Source: Lophium mytilinum
Taxonomy: Eukaryota
Reading direction: 5' to 3'
Assembly (NCBI GenBank): GCA_010093605.1
Contig: MU004181.1
Span: 2,914,001-2,978,000 of the forward strand
Length of the DNA stretch: 64,000 bases
Made by a program: the position numbers and the translations under genes. The notes beneath the pieces were generated by a model. It was not told where the DNA came from. It saw only the letters and a program-made list of their open reading frames with translations, and made no database searches. Numbering within the stretch: position 1 is the first letter of the stretch; every line of letters begins with the position of its first letter. Below, in pieces: positions 25,339 to 39,382 of the stretch.

Positions 25339-26223
25339 TATGCTATTTGGGAATGCGATGAAGCTAGGAAGAATAGGCCGGCTCTTCAAGTCTTGCGAAG
25401 GTAGTATAAGTGTCTTTGGTGTTGGGAAACTGTGGGATGGTCTTGTATGATGAATGCTCCCTCGTTCGCGGTCAAGTGTGCTCTATATACTTCGACGGCG
25501 GCCTCAGCTCGCTGCGGCCTTGGACGCGGACTGCCATATTTAGCAGCTCGCTGCGGCCGTAGACGCACACTGCCATGCCAGAGAGCGAGTGTTCCCCGGT
25601 TTGCGGGGAGTTGAAGATCGAGAAATGAGCGAGTATGACTTTTGGAGGGCTGTCGGGGAGTTATCAGAGTAAATCGGGCTGACATGCACCCGCCTCGGCC
25701 ACAGGCCCCCGAAAGCTTGCCGAGCGCCCTGCACGGGCCAAGCACGCACCAAGTTACGTGATTGGTCTGGAGTTACGGGCTGGGTACCTTTGTACGAAGG
25801 TAACGTTTATCGTTACCTCTGCCTCTTTCTTTCGGATGGATAGCCACCTATATCGTCTGATAGAAGAAATTCCCGCACTATTTGTAATATATGCCTTCTA
25901 TTACTGGAGTTCTCTTAGCTTTTAAGTATCCTTTTCCTAACATAAATCGTTCCTGAAGATAAAGACACTCTGCTTCGTATGTACGCGATGGCACTCATTT
26001 GGTGTCATCTATTACATAAAGAGGGACATGAATAAAATCCAGACCTTGCTCCCTAACATCCCATTAAAAGACAACGCGCAGAGATATAACCGTATACAAA
26101 GCCGTATATGCTAGTTCCGTGGGAACACTCTCGTCGAGGTCAAAGTCTCTGGAACATGAAGTAGAATCCACTCTATATCCTCACATACGGCCATTCCATA
26201 TCAACTGCCATACCCTACAGAGC

Positions 26224-27719
26224 TTAACCCTCTACATCGCGCATTGGGTAACGCGCCCTTCCCCTAGATCGCCGAAGCAACTTACCGGACGATGGGCAGC
26301 TATCGACCTTCTTTCCGCTCTGAATCTTATTATCGGCAAGCTCTTCAGTAATAGTGTCTTTGAGATAGCAGAATCCAGGCCCTCCATTGGTTGGAGGGAT
26401 CCAAGAAGCTGCAACGCAGGTAGAAAGTGCGTTACACTCGTCGATACATCCAGCTATGCTATCAGCCTGTTGCGGGCTTGAAGGGAGATCATTTCCGTAG
26501 AAGTCAAGATAGCAGGAAATGACATAGTAGCCCCCTGAGGTCAAGACGCATTCGCCGTCGGATCCGGGGCACGTGGGTGGGGAGGGAAGGACAGTGGGTC
26601 CTGAGGTTGTGGTAGTGACAGAGGGCTGTGGAACAGTGACCGAGGCAGCAGACGAAGAGGGTGAGCTGACAGCGCTGGATAAGGAGGCTGAAGAAGATAG
26701 AGCAGACGAGAGCGTGGATGATGGCGTAGAGACCGGTGTAGATGATGGCGTAGAGACCGGTGTAGATGATGGCGTAGAGACCGGCGTAGAGGAAGGCGTA
26801 GAGGAAGGCGTAGAGGAAGGCGTAGAGGAAGGTGTAGAGGAAGGCGTAGAGGAAGGCGTAGAGGAAGGCGTAGAGGAAGGCGTAGATGATGGTGTAGAGG
26901 ATGGAGTAGAGGATGGCGTGGGGCTCGAAGTGGGAATCGGAGTGGAAGAGGCCGGTACTGGGGTGGACGACGCCGAAGAAGACGGTGGGGACGAGGAGGC
27001 ACTGCTCGAGGAATGAGACGTGCTCGAGGAATGCGAAATGCTCGAAGAATGAACCGTGCTCGATGAATGAGAAGAACTCTTTGAGCTCGGAGTGGGCGTT
27101 GGCGTGGCAGAAGGATGAGAAGATGTCTTTGAACTTGGCGAAGACGCTGGTTTGGTAGAAGAATGAGAGGAACTCTTCGAAGTCGGAGTGGATGCGGCTT
27201 TGGTCGAAGAATGAGGGAGACTCTTCGAGCTTGACGTGAAGAGTGGCTTGGTCGATGAATGAGTGGAAGACTTCGAGCTTGGCGTAGGCTTTGCGGATGT
27301 TTTCACCGGTGTGACAGTAAGCTGGGTTCCTGTCAGACTTGCGTATAGAGACCGGATAGACTCTTAGGTCCTGATCTTACCGTTTTGGTCACCGGGGTCT
27401 CGATGCAAGAGCACAAGGTACTCAAGAAGTGGCCCCCGGTCTTATATGCACTTGACCACTTAGCAGTACAGTCTTTCGGGACAGCGGTCGTCAAGAATTT
27501 CTTGCTGCTGGTTGGCGCGTGTCTGTTCGCATACTTGTGTGGAGTCGAAGTAACTGTGACAGTGTGCTTCGGCAAGGGGTAGTGAAGAGAGCAATAGCTT
27601 TCTGCAGCAGGGTGAGCTGACAAGACAAGAAGGTCCTTGTAGATTCCACTCGAGCAAACGGAAGCTGAAGCAGAAAGTGACAATGAAGCGAGCGTGATCA
27701 GACACACGTGGATACGCAT
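26224..27719 (-). CDS. Secreted Ser/Thr/Pro-rich protein with Cys-rich N-terminal domain and C-terminal Apple/PAN-like Cys domain, 2 exons
   Basis: Signal peptide MRIHVCLITLASLSLSASA; SYCS...STLCSCI; mucin-like PSST repeats; YVISCYLDFYGNDL...CIDECNALSTCVAASW...CYLK. Confidence 0.8.
26712..26920. repeat. Coding minisatellite: 12-bp unit (GCGTAGAGGAAG) plus a 24-bp variant
   Basis: Tandem gcgtagaggaag copies visible directly, encoding (PSST)n and (PSSTPVST)3. Confidence 0.95.
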
Positions 27720-29172
27720 GTTGATGAAAAGCGAGGTGCAAGCGACTCAAGCGAGTGAAGGTCGACGGAGCAAAGCAAGAACGGGCAAGATGAGGAGTGA
27801 AAAGCTTATGAAAAGAAGCAGATACATGGCGAATGGTAGTTATTATTGGAATATTCCGAGTGCATGTCTCCTCAGGGGCTAGGCCACGGAAGACGATCTC
27901 CCATAGAAGATGCTTGTCTATCCCGCGCAGGGACAGCCGTACCTGAATAGTGCACAGACCCCGGCCCGGTATAAAAGTTGAAACATCTTCCGCATCCTGT
28001 GATTGGCAGGAGGCAAGACTGTCGTCAGAGAGCTTCTTCGTTGTTGCTACCTCTTGGTACCTCTGTTGTTCTTTCATGTAGATGCCATGGGACGAAGTTT
28101 GAGCTAAAATGCGCCGTCTTCAGATCCCCTCGATGCAAGCTGCTGATAGAGAACAGTCCCGCAGACGTGGTGAACCATGGCCGAAGCGTTCCGGCGATAG
28201 ACCTGGGTGGGAAGCTCCCGTGGGTAGTGGGCTGTTGTGCTTGTCAAAAGGTGGGCGCTAAGCAGGATTGGGTCTATCATAGGAGAAACGGGCGGCGATT
28301 GTGGCGGCCAACTCATTCTCGTGGTGGAGATGAGGCGGCGGGAAGGGCGAGCTAGAGCACGTTTTGCTATCGGACAGTCTAAGACCACTATGCGCCACGG
28401 CTTTCGTGCCTGTTTCCTAACGGACAGCTGTCGATATTGTGGCGCCTGCACCTGGAGCCACCCTGAACCCTGACGATGCAGACATCGGGAGGGGTTCACG
28501 GGTGGAGAGGCTGAGAGCGTTCCGTGTTCTATTCGGGGAGAGCGGCATGAGCCGTTCTGTGACGTTGAAATCAGGGACACTCAGAAGAATCATTCCTTTT
28601 CAACATTCTACGTGAGATGGGTCGATATCCTGCCCGCACAATTGTGGAGGGTTGAAATGCATTGCATCTACAAACCTGGCCGCGATGCCAACTCACCGTC
28701 GCAGATATTGCTTCCTTGCTCCCTCTGTACGCTATTAATCTAAGATGACAGCTAGCACTTCGCGAATCAGCTTAGCAGTCATAGGAAGGCGTGAAACGTC
28801 CCAAGAGTACTGACAGGACAGACTTACACCTCACGTTCTGCAAAGGTAGCTTCAGGCTCGCAAAACATCATATTCTATTAACATCTCAGACTATTTACTT
28901 AACGCGTGTGTGCAAACCCCGCCGTGGACTACGTATTGGTGTGCACGAAGGAGAGTGCCCGTCTGCAATCTCCTAGTCTCAGCTCGGCGAAACTCTCGGT
29001 GGCACAATCTAAAGTGCAATAAAGATAGCCACATAGCTTGCTACGTACATACACTTCCCGGGATCTCGCCAACGCGCCTCTTTCCTTCCTGTGGCATGCG
29101 CTCTTGATCAATATACTCATATTGCAATGAATTCGGATTCGGATACATTCGGACGCGCCTAAGATTGTTGCC

Positions 29173-31252
29173 ATGCCCCGATCGCATCGCCGTTCGACCA
29201 AGGTCTGCACACGATGCAGACAACGTAAGACCAAAGTACGTATCGATGCAGGCTATGCTTCCTTCCACGGGCACCTGTGCTGATAAGCTGCATAGTGCGA
29301 CTTCAAGTTCCCCGCATGCACATCCTGCAGAACAGCAAATGCAGCTTGTCTGGGGTTTGACCCTGCGACGAGAGAAGCAGTCCCGCGAAGGTAATCACAC
29401 AATCTGCAGCCTTCCGCAGCCTGCGGCCTGTATTGGCGGCTGAAGATGCCCTCTATAGCTTAGTCAAGTCTCTTGAGGCTCGTGTGGCGGAACTTGAGGC
29501 CCAAGTGCTTCATTTTCGAGCAGCCCCTCAGAATGTGCCCTACTCCATGGCTTCCAAGATTGCGCAGGCCACTATTTCATTCGATTTGCCTAGGCATAGC
29601 TCGTTTCTGCACTCCAAGGTCTCCTCGGCTCTCTTTTTCCGCCCTTCATGCCCCCCGCTGGCTGTCATTGGGGAACGGGGAAGAGAAGAAGGCAAGTTTC
29701 CTGCCAATGAGCATTCCCCTGATCACCACAAAAGACCGTACACCGGTAGTCTGATCAATTTGAAAAGCGTGCCTCGCTCGGCCTTGACACGCATGATACG
29801 CAACTACGCTGATACTCATCTGCCTCAATACCCCTGCGTGGCTGAGTCTATGCTGGAAGATATCGTCCAATACACCCAGGATGCCGAACTTGGAGACACG
29901 AACTCGATCCTAATTTACGGGATCCCCGCTAATTCACGTCTTGGTCATTTTGAATACTTTACGCTTTTCATCGTTTTAGCTATTTCAGCCATCACTTTGA
30001 CGTGGAAAGCCGAAGATCAAGCGCGAGAGGCATCTGCGTCCTTCTACAAGTCCGCTTTGAAACACCTCCAGGCCCTAGAAGGTCACAGCGAGATCCAAGC
30101 CCTCCAAATTTCATTGCTCTTGGCCCATTACGCGCACATGTGTCCAGAGAGGGTGGACAATTGGACTTGCATTGCCAATGCAGTCCGGATAGTTTTAAGT
30201 CTGGGCCTATACGGGAATGGTCCAGAAGGGCTTGATGCAGAACAGGTCCAGCTACGATCGGCGCTCTTCTGGGTAACTTACGGAATGGAAAGGTCATTGT
30301 GCGCCAACCTTAGGCTACCCTTATCGTTTCCAGAAGAGATAGTCACTACCAAGGTAAGTGATCCCGCTCTACTCCTCTCCTTTCTCATTCACAGTAATAG
30401 TACCGACCTCCCCACGAAGAGCCTTCCCATGAATCTGCTGCCGATAGCGCAAAGAAGTCTTCTGCCCATCACATCTACCGGTATCGTGGTTTAGAGACCG
30501 AGGTCCATAGAGTACTCCATCTCGAAGAGGATATTCACACTTTTGGCAGCTCAACAGTGGAAGACTGGATTGTAGACATTACCGGTCGCTTAGTGTCCTG
30601 GTACGACGAGGCTCAACTCTACACACAGTATGACATGCTGGAGTTCAAGCATGTGCAATTCTACCACCTCAGGGCTCGTATTCATCGACCAACTCCCCGG
30701 CTGCGGGTGAGGGATTTTGAGGATCGACGCGTTGTCCTGGAATCATCTCTGGAATTGATCGAAGACTATCTTGGTCAGGACCGCAGACGAAGACTGTTCT
30801 ATCCCTGACATGGTGTTCATATTCTATTCGAAACCGCCGTCATCGCCCTAGAGGCATGCTGGTCATCTCGCGACTATCGGCCCTTGCGAGACCTGGCTCT
30901 GCAACTACTCGAGAGATCTATCCCCCAGTGCTTGCAGCTGCTCACCAGTATTGGGGACCGATGGAACGAAGCTACCTTATGCACCCGAAGCCTGACTCCG
31001 CTGCTTCAAAAGGTCTCATTCGCTTTCACCAGGAGCCAAGACGTCTCCGTTTACGACGACACGTTGATAACGGAAGAGATTCATAACATACTCTTTTCGG
31101 ACCAGTCCCTGACTTGGGATCAGGTCACACACACCCACTATGACTTTGGCGTGGAAGAAAATGCTTTGTTCTTCGACAACGCATCAGGTGATGATACGGT
31201 GCTCCTCCCGTGGGCCGCTGAGTGGGACATTATGCCGGCGGAGCTCCTATAA
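29173..31252 (+). CDS. PPR1/UaY-like Zn(II)2Cys6 transcription factor with an internal in-frame TGA (30806-30808)
   Basis: Spliced CTRCRQRKTK/CDFKFPACTSCRTANAACLGFDPATREAVPR/SLVKSLEARVAELE; LRSALFWVTYGMERSL; the frame continues after FYP-TGA as HGVHILFETAV to 31252. Confidence 0.85.
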
Positions 31253-31474
31253 AAAGGCACACACTTAGTGAACACGAAGGCTACGTGGCGATGCAACTTG
31301 GCGACTTCAAATTCACAATCAATATGTAAGGCATTGTCTTACGATTATAATACTATCGGACACGAAAGCACAGATACAAAACGTCCCAATTCATAACCCT
31401 CGATGTAGTGAGAGGATGGCCCAATAAATCTACACAGCCCAGAGACGCGTGGTTTCTTTATTGGCACAACCGAC

Positions 31475-33192
31475 TCACATGGCGTACACGAAACGTGGCT
31501 GCTGCTTATCGGTGAGATCGAGAAACTCCTCGTTCTCGACTGGACCATTGTCATCACTACTTTCCGCGAGCTTCTTCTGCTTTCGCGCATTCAACCATCT
31601 AGCATAACAGAAATAAAGACCGGGAGCAAGCGCAGCGATGGAGAACATAATAATCATAGTCTTGAACCCCATAGGGTAGCCAGGTGCCTCGCTGGCGCGG
31701 AAGAATTGGGGACCGATGATAAAGGCTGTGGAGTATCCGACAAAGAGGAGGGCGGTGGACACAGATCGCTTGGTCTGGCCGGCGATGTTGGTGGTGGTGA
31801 GAGCGAACATCATCGGAAGTGACGCGTTGGTGAAGTTGGTGCAGTAGAAGGAGACGAGCCGCCCCGTGCGATTGTGCTTAGGGAGCGTGTACACGAGAAC
31901 GGATCCGATGACGGCAGGGACGTTGCAAGCGAACTGCATCAGGCAGCGTGTGTTCGGGTAGTAGAAGGTTACGAATCCGGCGGTCACAAGCCCCATGCAT
32001 TGCGTCAACCCCAGAGGTGTGTTGAGCAGAGATGTCTTGAAGCTGTCATAGCCGAATCCTGGAGGAATGTGTTAATCCAAATAGCTTCATGTTCACGGGA
32101 AGACCGGTACCTTTGATGATGAGGCCGCCAAAGTTGGCCACCGCCGTGGCGGGAACGACACAGGCAATGCTGTAGAAGAAGCCATACCAGACCTTGATAT
32201 CAAGCAAGGCTTCGACGAGTTGTTCCTTCTTGAATGTAGTGTTCGAAATACCAGTCCGGTTGTCGCGCAGCCTTTCGATCGCAATCGCCCGTTCCCTTTC
32301 ATTGAGGAATTTGGCAGTCAAAGGGCTGTCTGGCATATATATCCACAGCACGGCACCCCACAATAACCCAACGATACCAAAGATGATGAAAAACCATCTC
32401 CAAACGGCGATACCAGTGTCGATGTGGGCAATTCCGTAAGCAATGAAGGACTGAAGGATGATCGCAAAACCATTTCCACAGTACCACGTGGTGATGCGGA
32501 GTGGAATCTCGTTCTTCTTGTACCATGTGCCGGTGATGAGGACGTATGCTGGAGATACACCAGCCTCGGCCATACCCAAGAAGAAACGAACTGCCATCAT
32601 TCCTCGGAAGTTCATAGCTCCGGCAGTGCAGAATAGAATGACTGCCCAAATGATGGAAGTGGTTGCCACGAAGCGACCAAGGGGCACATAGTTGAGCAAT
32701 CGGGCTGCAAAGGGTTGGAAGGCGAGATATCCAAAGTAGAAGATTGACCTGGAGCGTTCCAGATTGGTTGAAAACTTGAAGTTGGGTTTAGAGGATACTC
32801 ACGAGCACCAAGAGTACTGTTGACCTTTCAGTCCGAGATTCGAGATCAGATCGTAGACCGCCGATTGAGCCATGACACTCTTATCCATGTACTGGATCGT
32901 GTACGAGATAACCATCTGCCCAGAAAACTTGTGAGTACACGAAAAGCAAATACGGGGAAGAAGAGAAATAGATCTAGTTCACACAACGGAGGGGATATGC
33001 GTGACATACGAGTGGCATCAAGACCCAGTCAATCTTGCGTAGAACCGCTCTCTCCTCTTCTTTTGTGTATGTTATAACCTCAGACGTCTCAAGGTAGGCT
33101 AGAGCCGCATCTCCCTGTCCTGGTTTCAGGGCAGCCTTGAAATCCGGCTCTGAAGTAGAATTCATCTTGACAGAGATGCTTCCTTCACCCAT
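31475..33192 (-). CDS. MFS transporter, Dal5/allantoate permease (ACS) family, 4 exons
   Basis: EERAVLRKIDW, QYMDKS, RFFLGMAEAG, TWYKKNEIPLR, WRWFFII, NIAGQTKR, FLDLTDKQQPRFVY. Confidence 0.93.
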
Positions 33193-34008
33193 TGTGATAG
33201 TGTTTTCGAAGTGTGCAGATGTTGACTTTGAAGGAAGAGTTCAAATCTTCAACTCGAGGGTTCGACGGAGTAGTATGGACGTCCTTCCGTAAACGGGGTT
33301 CTCCACCCTGTAGATATGAGATTGACTCGATGAGTACTGGATGTAGATCCCAAATCGCAGGTTTGAGGCTCGACTAAATACCATACGATAGTCATTGTTG
33401 TTATCTTTCGTGAATATCAGAAAGATAGAATGCGATAGGTTGAGTAGTGCGTCAATGTGCTACATTATTCCGCAGTAGCTCAGTTACCAAGCTGGAAATC
33501 TTCAGTTAGGCGTTTCCCGACTCCATGGGCAAAATCGTCGCGTTGCGCCGAACCCGATTATCAGGAAGCCTAGTAGATAGCCTAGTGAGGTAGTTCCATT
33601 CTAGGCCTCATACAGGCCCCGGCTTTTCTCCGTCAAGAGTGGTGTGGAGAATCTTGACGAGGGTGCCAGAATTACCCCATGATGTCGAATTTAGTGCTTA
33701 TTAAAGACCTTTTACAGTCTGAGAAGGGACCGCGATGCAATTGTAGTATATACATGACATGGTACCTAAAGGGATGTATGTTAGACGGTTGCTAGTCACG
33801 TGCTCGGCTAACGCCAGCATATATCTCTCGCTGCGCGCCTCCTTTTCCTTTATCTCCTCAATGACTCGTCTCTCAATACCTGATTACCATGAATTCCATT
33901 TCCAGCCCACCCTTCCGCACTCCTATCTCTTACACAGTCTCTCTTTTCTTGAAGCAAAGCCGTTAGACTTAAAATTAACCATGTTGTTCTTGAGTCATTT
34001 GCACGTAT

Positions 34009-34020
34009 CGGGTTTACCCG
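34009..34020. promoter_or_regulatory. CGG-N6-CCG inverted repeat (PPR1/UaY-type site) in the MFS/amidohydrolase divergent promoter
   Basis: tCGGgtttacCCGg. Confidence 0.5.
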
Positions 34021-34255
34021 GTTTTGTCTAGTAAAATCACGCTTTGATCCGATGCGGTGCTTCCGATTCCGACTTTTCTTATCGTCTATAGTTCGGCTTC
34101 GCTCTACGTCTTTAGTTCGATAATACAATCCATGTTTCAATGCGCATATCTCAGAGGCGTTTTTGGATGATTTAGTTCTAGACGTAAAGTCTGCTCTATC
34201 GACGTAATCATTTCCATAGGCTCTTATTCGTCTAATGCTCGGATCAATAACCATC

Positions 34256-35664
34256 ATGACCCAATATACACTGCACACATCGTCGCTGTTCGATCCCAAG
34301 GCCAAACGAGTTCGACAGAATATTTCAATCACTGTTGACTCTGCAACTGGCCTGATCACTCGGGTCTTCGAGCGCGATGACAAAAAGGCACCTTTCTCTG
34401 AGACGATGAAGGAGGGAGATATTGACCTGCGCGCAAAGTATGTATTGCCTGGACTGGTCGACGCACATACGCATGTTTTCCTGCATTCTTACGAGTGAGT
34501 TCCCAGCTGCTTCGTTAGCGCTACTTCTGATTCCTAACCAAATCTATAGCGAGAGAGGTGCTCTGCAGCAGAAGAGAGACGAAAGCATGACCGAGAGAAT
34601 CGTCCGTGGGGTCAATCATTGCCGCACAGCGCTTCTTGCGGGCTACACAACCTACCGGTAATTATTTGCAGCATCCTTTTTTTCGTCTCTGTCGATTCTG
34701 ACTCACCTTCTGCTTGGTCAGGGATCTAGGTTCAGAAGGCATGCAAGAGTGTGACGCGAATTTACGAGATGCTATTGCTCGGGGTCTGACTCCTGGCCCT
34801 CGCCTATTCGTCGCGACAAAGGTCATTGCTAGCACCGGTTCTTACGAGTGTCGCACAGAGAACAGCGGTGGAGGCCACTGCTTACCCGCGGGCGCTGACG
34901 CTGTCGATGGGGTAGAACAGTGCCGTCAGGCAGTTCGACGACGTGTTGCCGCAGGAGCAGACATTATCAAATTCTTTGCAGATTACAGGCGAAGAATCAT
35001 GAGGTCTCCGCCTGCACAGCAACATCCTTATATTCCAGGTGTGCTTCATCCCTCCAAGGAGCCGAACCCTGACTATCTGGTGTTTTCACAAGAGGAGATG
35101 AACACGATAGTCGCAGAGGCTGCGATGGCACGCTGCCCGGTGTCCGCTCATTGCTGTACCCGCGAGGGAGCGTTAGCGGCCATCGAGGCGGGCGTCAACA
35201 CGCTTGAGCACGCTTATTTCCTTTCAGATGAGATGTGCAAGCTGATGGCCGAGAAAGCCATCATTCTGGTGCCTACGCTCGCAATTGCTGAGAAGCTGCA
35301 CGCCCACCGGTTTGACGAGATTTTGCGTCAAGTCAAACGAGCCCATGATCTTGGTGTTCGAATTGCATGCGGAGGAGATACAGGCACGTTTCCGCATGGT
35401 GACAATGTCAGAGAGCTAGAGCTAATGATCGAGGCCGGCATACCCATTGCGGATGTTTTAGAATCATGTACTGTGGGCGGCTGGGAGGCATGTGGCGGCG
35501 ATCTCTGTGGACGGCAATTCGGGTGGTTTGAAGAGGGCTCGCAAGCAGACATCATTGCTTTGGACGAGGACCCAGAATACAACCCTGGTGCTTTGAGATC
35601 AGTCAATTTTGTTATGAAAGATGCTAAGGTCTGGAAAGCTAGCGGCGAGCAGTGTGGTATATAG
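34256..35664 (+). CDS. Metal-dependent amidohydrolase (amidohydro_1; prolidase/ochratoxinase-like subgroup), 3 exons
   Basis: PGLVDAHTH, LLAGYTTYRDLG, GADIIKF (carboxy-Lys position), VSAH, TLEH, GGDTG. Confidence 0.92.
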
Positions 35665-35981
35665 TTTAGAAATATACAAAATATCGACAGACTCGAACTC
35701 ACATACTCATAATTCAAACGACGTATACGCTCCTCTGTAGACCTTTCAAGTTGTTTAAGCATACGAATCATATTTCTCAAGCTTACAGAGCGTTTGCGCT
35801 TTTTCAAGGGATGCATCAAATCAAAATGGCCCCAGAAAAACGAGTTTGGCGTCCCAAGTCATATGCGCACATAAATCCATAGATAAAAGGGTCCCATCAG
35901 CATGTTCAGTTATCTACGTCTTATTTGCATCGATTCCTATGAACAGACTCAAGTCTACCATAGGCATCTGACACCGGATCA

Positions 35982-37854
35982 TCATCGTAGGAGAGGCTCA
36001 GCATCAACTCCAGGAACTAAGTCGGCCAACTCGTCCTGAGATTGCGTCAAGCACTGCTCTAGAACTGATGTATCCCTTGGCGTAAACCTTACTTTAAATT
36101 CCGAGGCGATAGAGTTTGACTCAGTTGAATCACGTTTATACTTAACATAATCTGTGTTCGGAGGTGACACTTTACTCTCCGTGATTTTAAAGGACACGAT
36201 CAAGCGGAGAAATAGTGCGTAAAGCACTCGATTGGAGAAGTTGACAGCAGTGCACATACGGCCACCAGCTCCAAAAGCGAAGTGGTACGGTGGTGGAATG
36301 CCATGGTCCTTCTCTACCCATCGGTCTGGGCGGAACTGGTCGGCGTCGGGGCCATAAGTGTTTTTGTCTGGCTTCTAATTAGCGAACAAATACGCATTCG
36401 ACCAGAAAATGGAAGAAAGTGCCTACCGCGGTTTATCGCTTGGGTGTTGATATAAACGAGCACACCTTTCGGGATAGTAGCTCCTTTATAGACAAATTCC
36501 GTGAAGGTCTGTCGCGCTGGGAGGAGTTTTAGCGGTGGATAGAACCTCAAAGCTTCTTTCACCAGGCCAACCAGGTAGGGACTCTTCTCCTCCGTTAAGC
36601 AAAGCTTAAAAGAATCTTCAGGCGTATCGTAGACTTTCATGATATCGTCGTAAGCCTTTTGTTGCATCGACTGTCCCTGCGCCGTCGATAACATTCCAAT
36701 GGTGATAATGGCAGTTGAATAAATAGTCTCGAACCCGCCCGACATAAGGCCACCGAGAATAGTTTTAATATCAACTTTGAAGGTTAGCATCCTTCCGGCA
36801 GGAGATATTTCGAATCAGTGACACATACGCGCAGTGAGGTCCTCCTGGCCACTGTCTGCAAGCAGCATTTCGGCCACGCTCTTTTTAGGCCCAGTGCGCA
36901 GATTGAACGTGTGACGAACATTGTCCAGCATTTTCGCCAGCCATTCGTCCCGGCGGCTACGGACCTCTTTGGCCGTTGTCATTCGTCCATTTCCACCGAG
37001 ATATCTCAGGTGAGGAATGAAGTCTTGAGCATTGGAGTTCGTTGACCGAAAGCTGTAAAGCATGAGCGTCCATGTTATTCAACACGTGGGTACCCCATTC
37101 GGGAGTCATACCTAGCAATGGTGCTGGCGTCTTTCAAGATCTGAAGAAGTAGAGGGTCTTTGACCGAAGAAAAGCGTGTGCCGTAGCAAAACATCATCAT
37201 GAGATTTAGAGCGAGCCGCTCCTGGTAAATATGAGGCATAATTTCGGCTGTTCCCTTTTGACTGTCATAGTAGAGCGTCGAGATTACTGCGCAAGTCTCC
37301 ATGTCTAACGCATTTCGCAGCTTTTGAATCGAGGGTCCCGTCGTGAATGCGCCCACGACCCGTCTCTGCTTTTTAGTCCTCTCATCCCAAGGGCTTGTTC
37401 CGATTGTTGCGGCTGTAGTGAATGATTTCAGCACACGTGTTAATCTTAGGAATAGCTATCACCCACCTGAAGTAGCCGAAATGATTCCATGGAACGTGTA
37501 GAACCATGGTCGATCCAAGGTGGCTGACTGGTTTTTAACAATCCAGTCACGAGCGGCCTCAAAAGAATTTAGCATGATAGCCCGTCGTCGTCCCATTCTG
37601 AGCTGAAAAACGGGCCATCCATATCTGGAGGCCCATGCTTCCGCAGTGGTGGCATGGTCCGTTCCCAGTTTATAGAGATGGCCAGCGAGGAGTTCACCGT
37701 CTGGAATTTCGGGAATCCCGTTGATTTTCGGTATATCAACGTAGAAGAAGTAGAGATAGACAAATATCACCGCAGTGATTGTTGTCACGAAGAGGCCCGA
37801 GAAAAGCAAGAGTTTGGACCTGAAAGGGGAAAGTACGATGTCCATGGCGGGCAT
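35982..37854 (-). CDS. Cytochrome P450, CYP504-like (phenylacetate/hydroxyphenylacetate hydroxylase family), 5 exons
   Basis: IPEIP..GHLYKLGTDHA, DRPWFYTFHGIIS, TIGTSPWDE, GGFET, KEALRF, heme motif HFAFGAGGRMCT. Confidence 0.88.
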
Positions 37855-38147
37855 ATTTTCTCAATAGCGAGTAAACAAAAGAGTACAAATGGCCGAACGG
37901 TGTCTCTTGACATGCTCTGGGGCTATCCAAATATGCAGGAGCTCGTCCGTGAACTGGTCTTGAAGGCACATTGGTAAAAAAAATTCGGAGTATACAAATT
38001 ATCCATTTTTAGCGTAACAATCCCCAGCGCATTGACGAGGAAATCGGGTGATAGGGTCGTCGGCGTATCGCGTCGGTTTTCCACAATCCGTCGCAGAACG
38101 GCGAAAAAGGCCCAGTTTCGGGCCGTTTCCCCAAACTCAATCAGCTG

Positions 38148-38159
38148 CGGTTTCCCCCG
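38148..38159. promoter_or_regulatory. CGG-N6-CCG site in the P450/SDR divergent promoter
   Basis: gCGGtttcccCCGa. Confidence 0.5.
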
Positions 38160-38296
38160 AACGATCTGAAAGAGAATGAATAGATAACGTTTAACAAGAT
38201 TCTGAAAGCGACGTAAACTTATACTGCATACAATGTAGACGCCTTGAAAGAGGTTGTCAAGTCTCATCACGGATTTATCAAAGGCTAATTTCGATT

Positions 38297-39382
38297 ATGG
38301 CAAACCATCTGCGGGTGAACGAGCTTTTCGATGTTGCAGGTCGCTGGGTAGCAATAACTGGCGCGGGTGAGTCCTCTCAAAATCCCCCTTTAGCCACCGA
38401 TATAGTGTGGTTCATTCACTGACGTCGACTATTTAGCTTCCGGTATAGGTCACATGCTTGCACGAGGCTGCACAATTAACGGAGCAAATACAATATTAAT
38501 AGATGTCAACTTGGACTCTCTATCAAGCGTTAAGGCCGAACTAGAAAGCCTCTCGTCTTCTTCTGAAACCGTCGTGTTCGTCTGCCGATGTCCCCCTTAA
38601 AGATTGATTCACTGACATAGATGACAGTATTCATGGCGACCTTTCAAGTGAGGATGGAATCAAGGAAGTCGTGGAGAAAGTCAAGTCCACACAAACTTCA
38701 CTTGATGCGCTGATTCATTGTGCTGCGGTGCGGTACATGAATGAAGTCACTTACGTTCCAGGCGATGCCCTGGACAAACTCGAGGCTGCAACGCTATCTG
38801 CACCTTACGAAGGCTGGGAGCATACTTTTAGGCTAGCAAGTCGTCTATGCTTGGGATGCTTGAGTAAGATGCTAATCGTCTACTAGAATGTTCTCGCACC
38901 TTATTTCTTGACTGCTGGCTTGATTAGCCTCCTCGGAGCGGCAGCCGCAAAGGGTGAGGGAAGGGGCTGCGTGATTTTGTTTAGCAGTCCCGCCAGTGTG
39001 CACAACCACCAATTCGTTCCTTGCTACCAAACTTCAAAGGCAGCAGTGGACCACCTTGTTAGGATTATGGCGGCCGAATTTGCCGACTACTATAGTAAGA
39101 CTCAGCATACTTACAGTACACCCTCCAGCTTACCAGTCTGCAGTCAGAGTCAATGCCATGTCCCCTGGAATAGTTCCGTCTGGAATGACGACAAGTAATG
39201 CTGAATCGAATCTTCATCTGGCTGCTGAGGCCCCAGCGGGCCGAGCCGGCAGTGAAGAAGATATGGTGGGAAGCGCATTGTGGTTGATGAGCAAAGCCGG
39301 CGCTTTCATGGACGGGAAAGTCATCCGAATTGATGGAGGACGGTTGCTCATTCTCAAAGGCGTGACATCAAACTCCGACTGA
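38297..39382 (+). CDS. Short-chain dehydrogenase/reductase, multi-exon
   Basis: VAITGA/ASGIG glycine motif across an intron, catalytic YQTSK, RVNAMSPG, IRIDGG. Confidence 0.9.

Noticed and set aside
26712..26920. CRISPR-like array
   Set aside because: Head-to-tail coding minisatellite without spacers, in a eukaryotic gene
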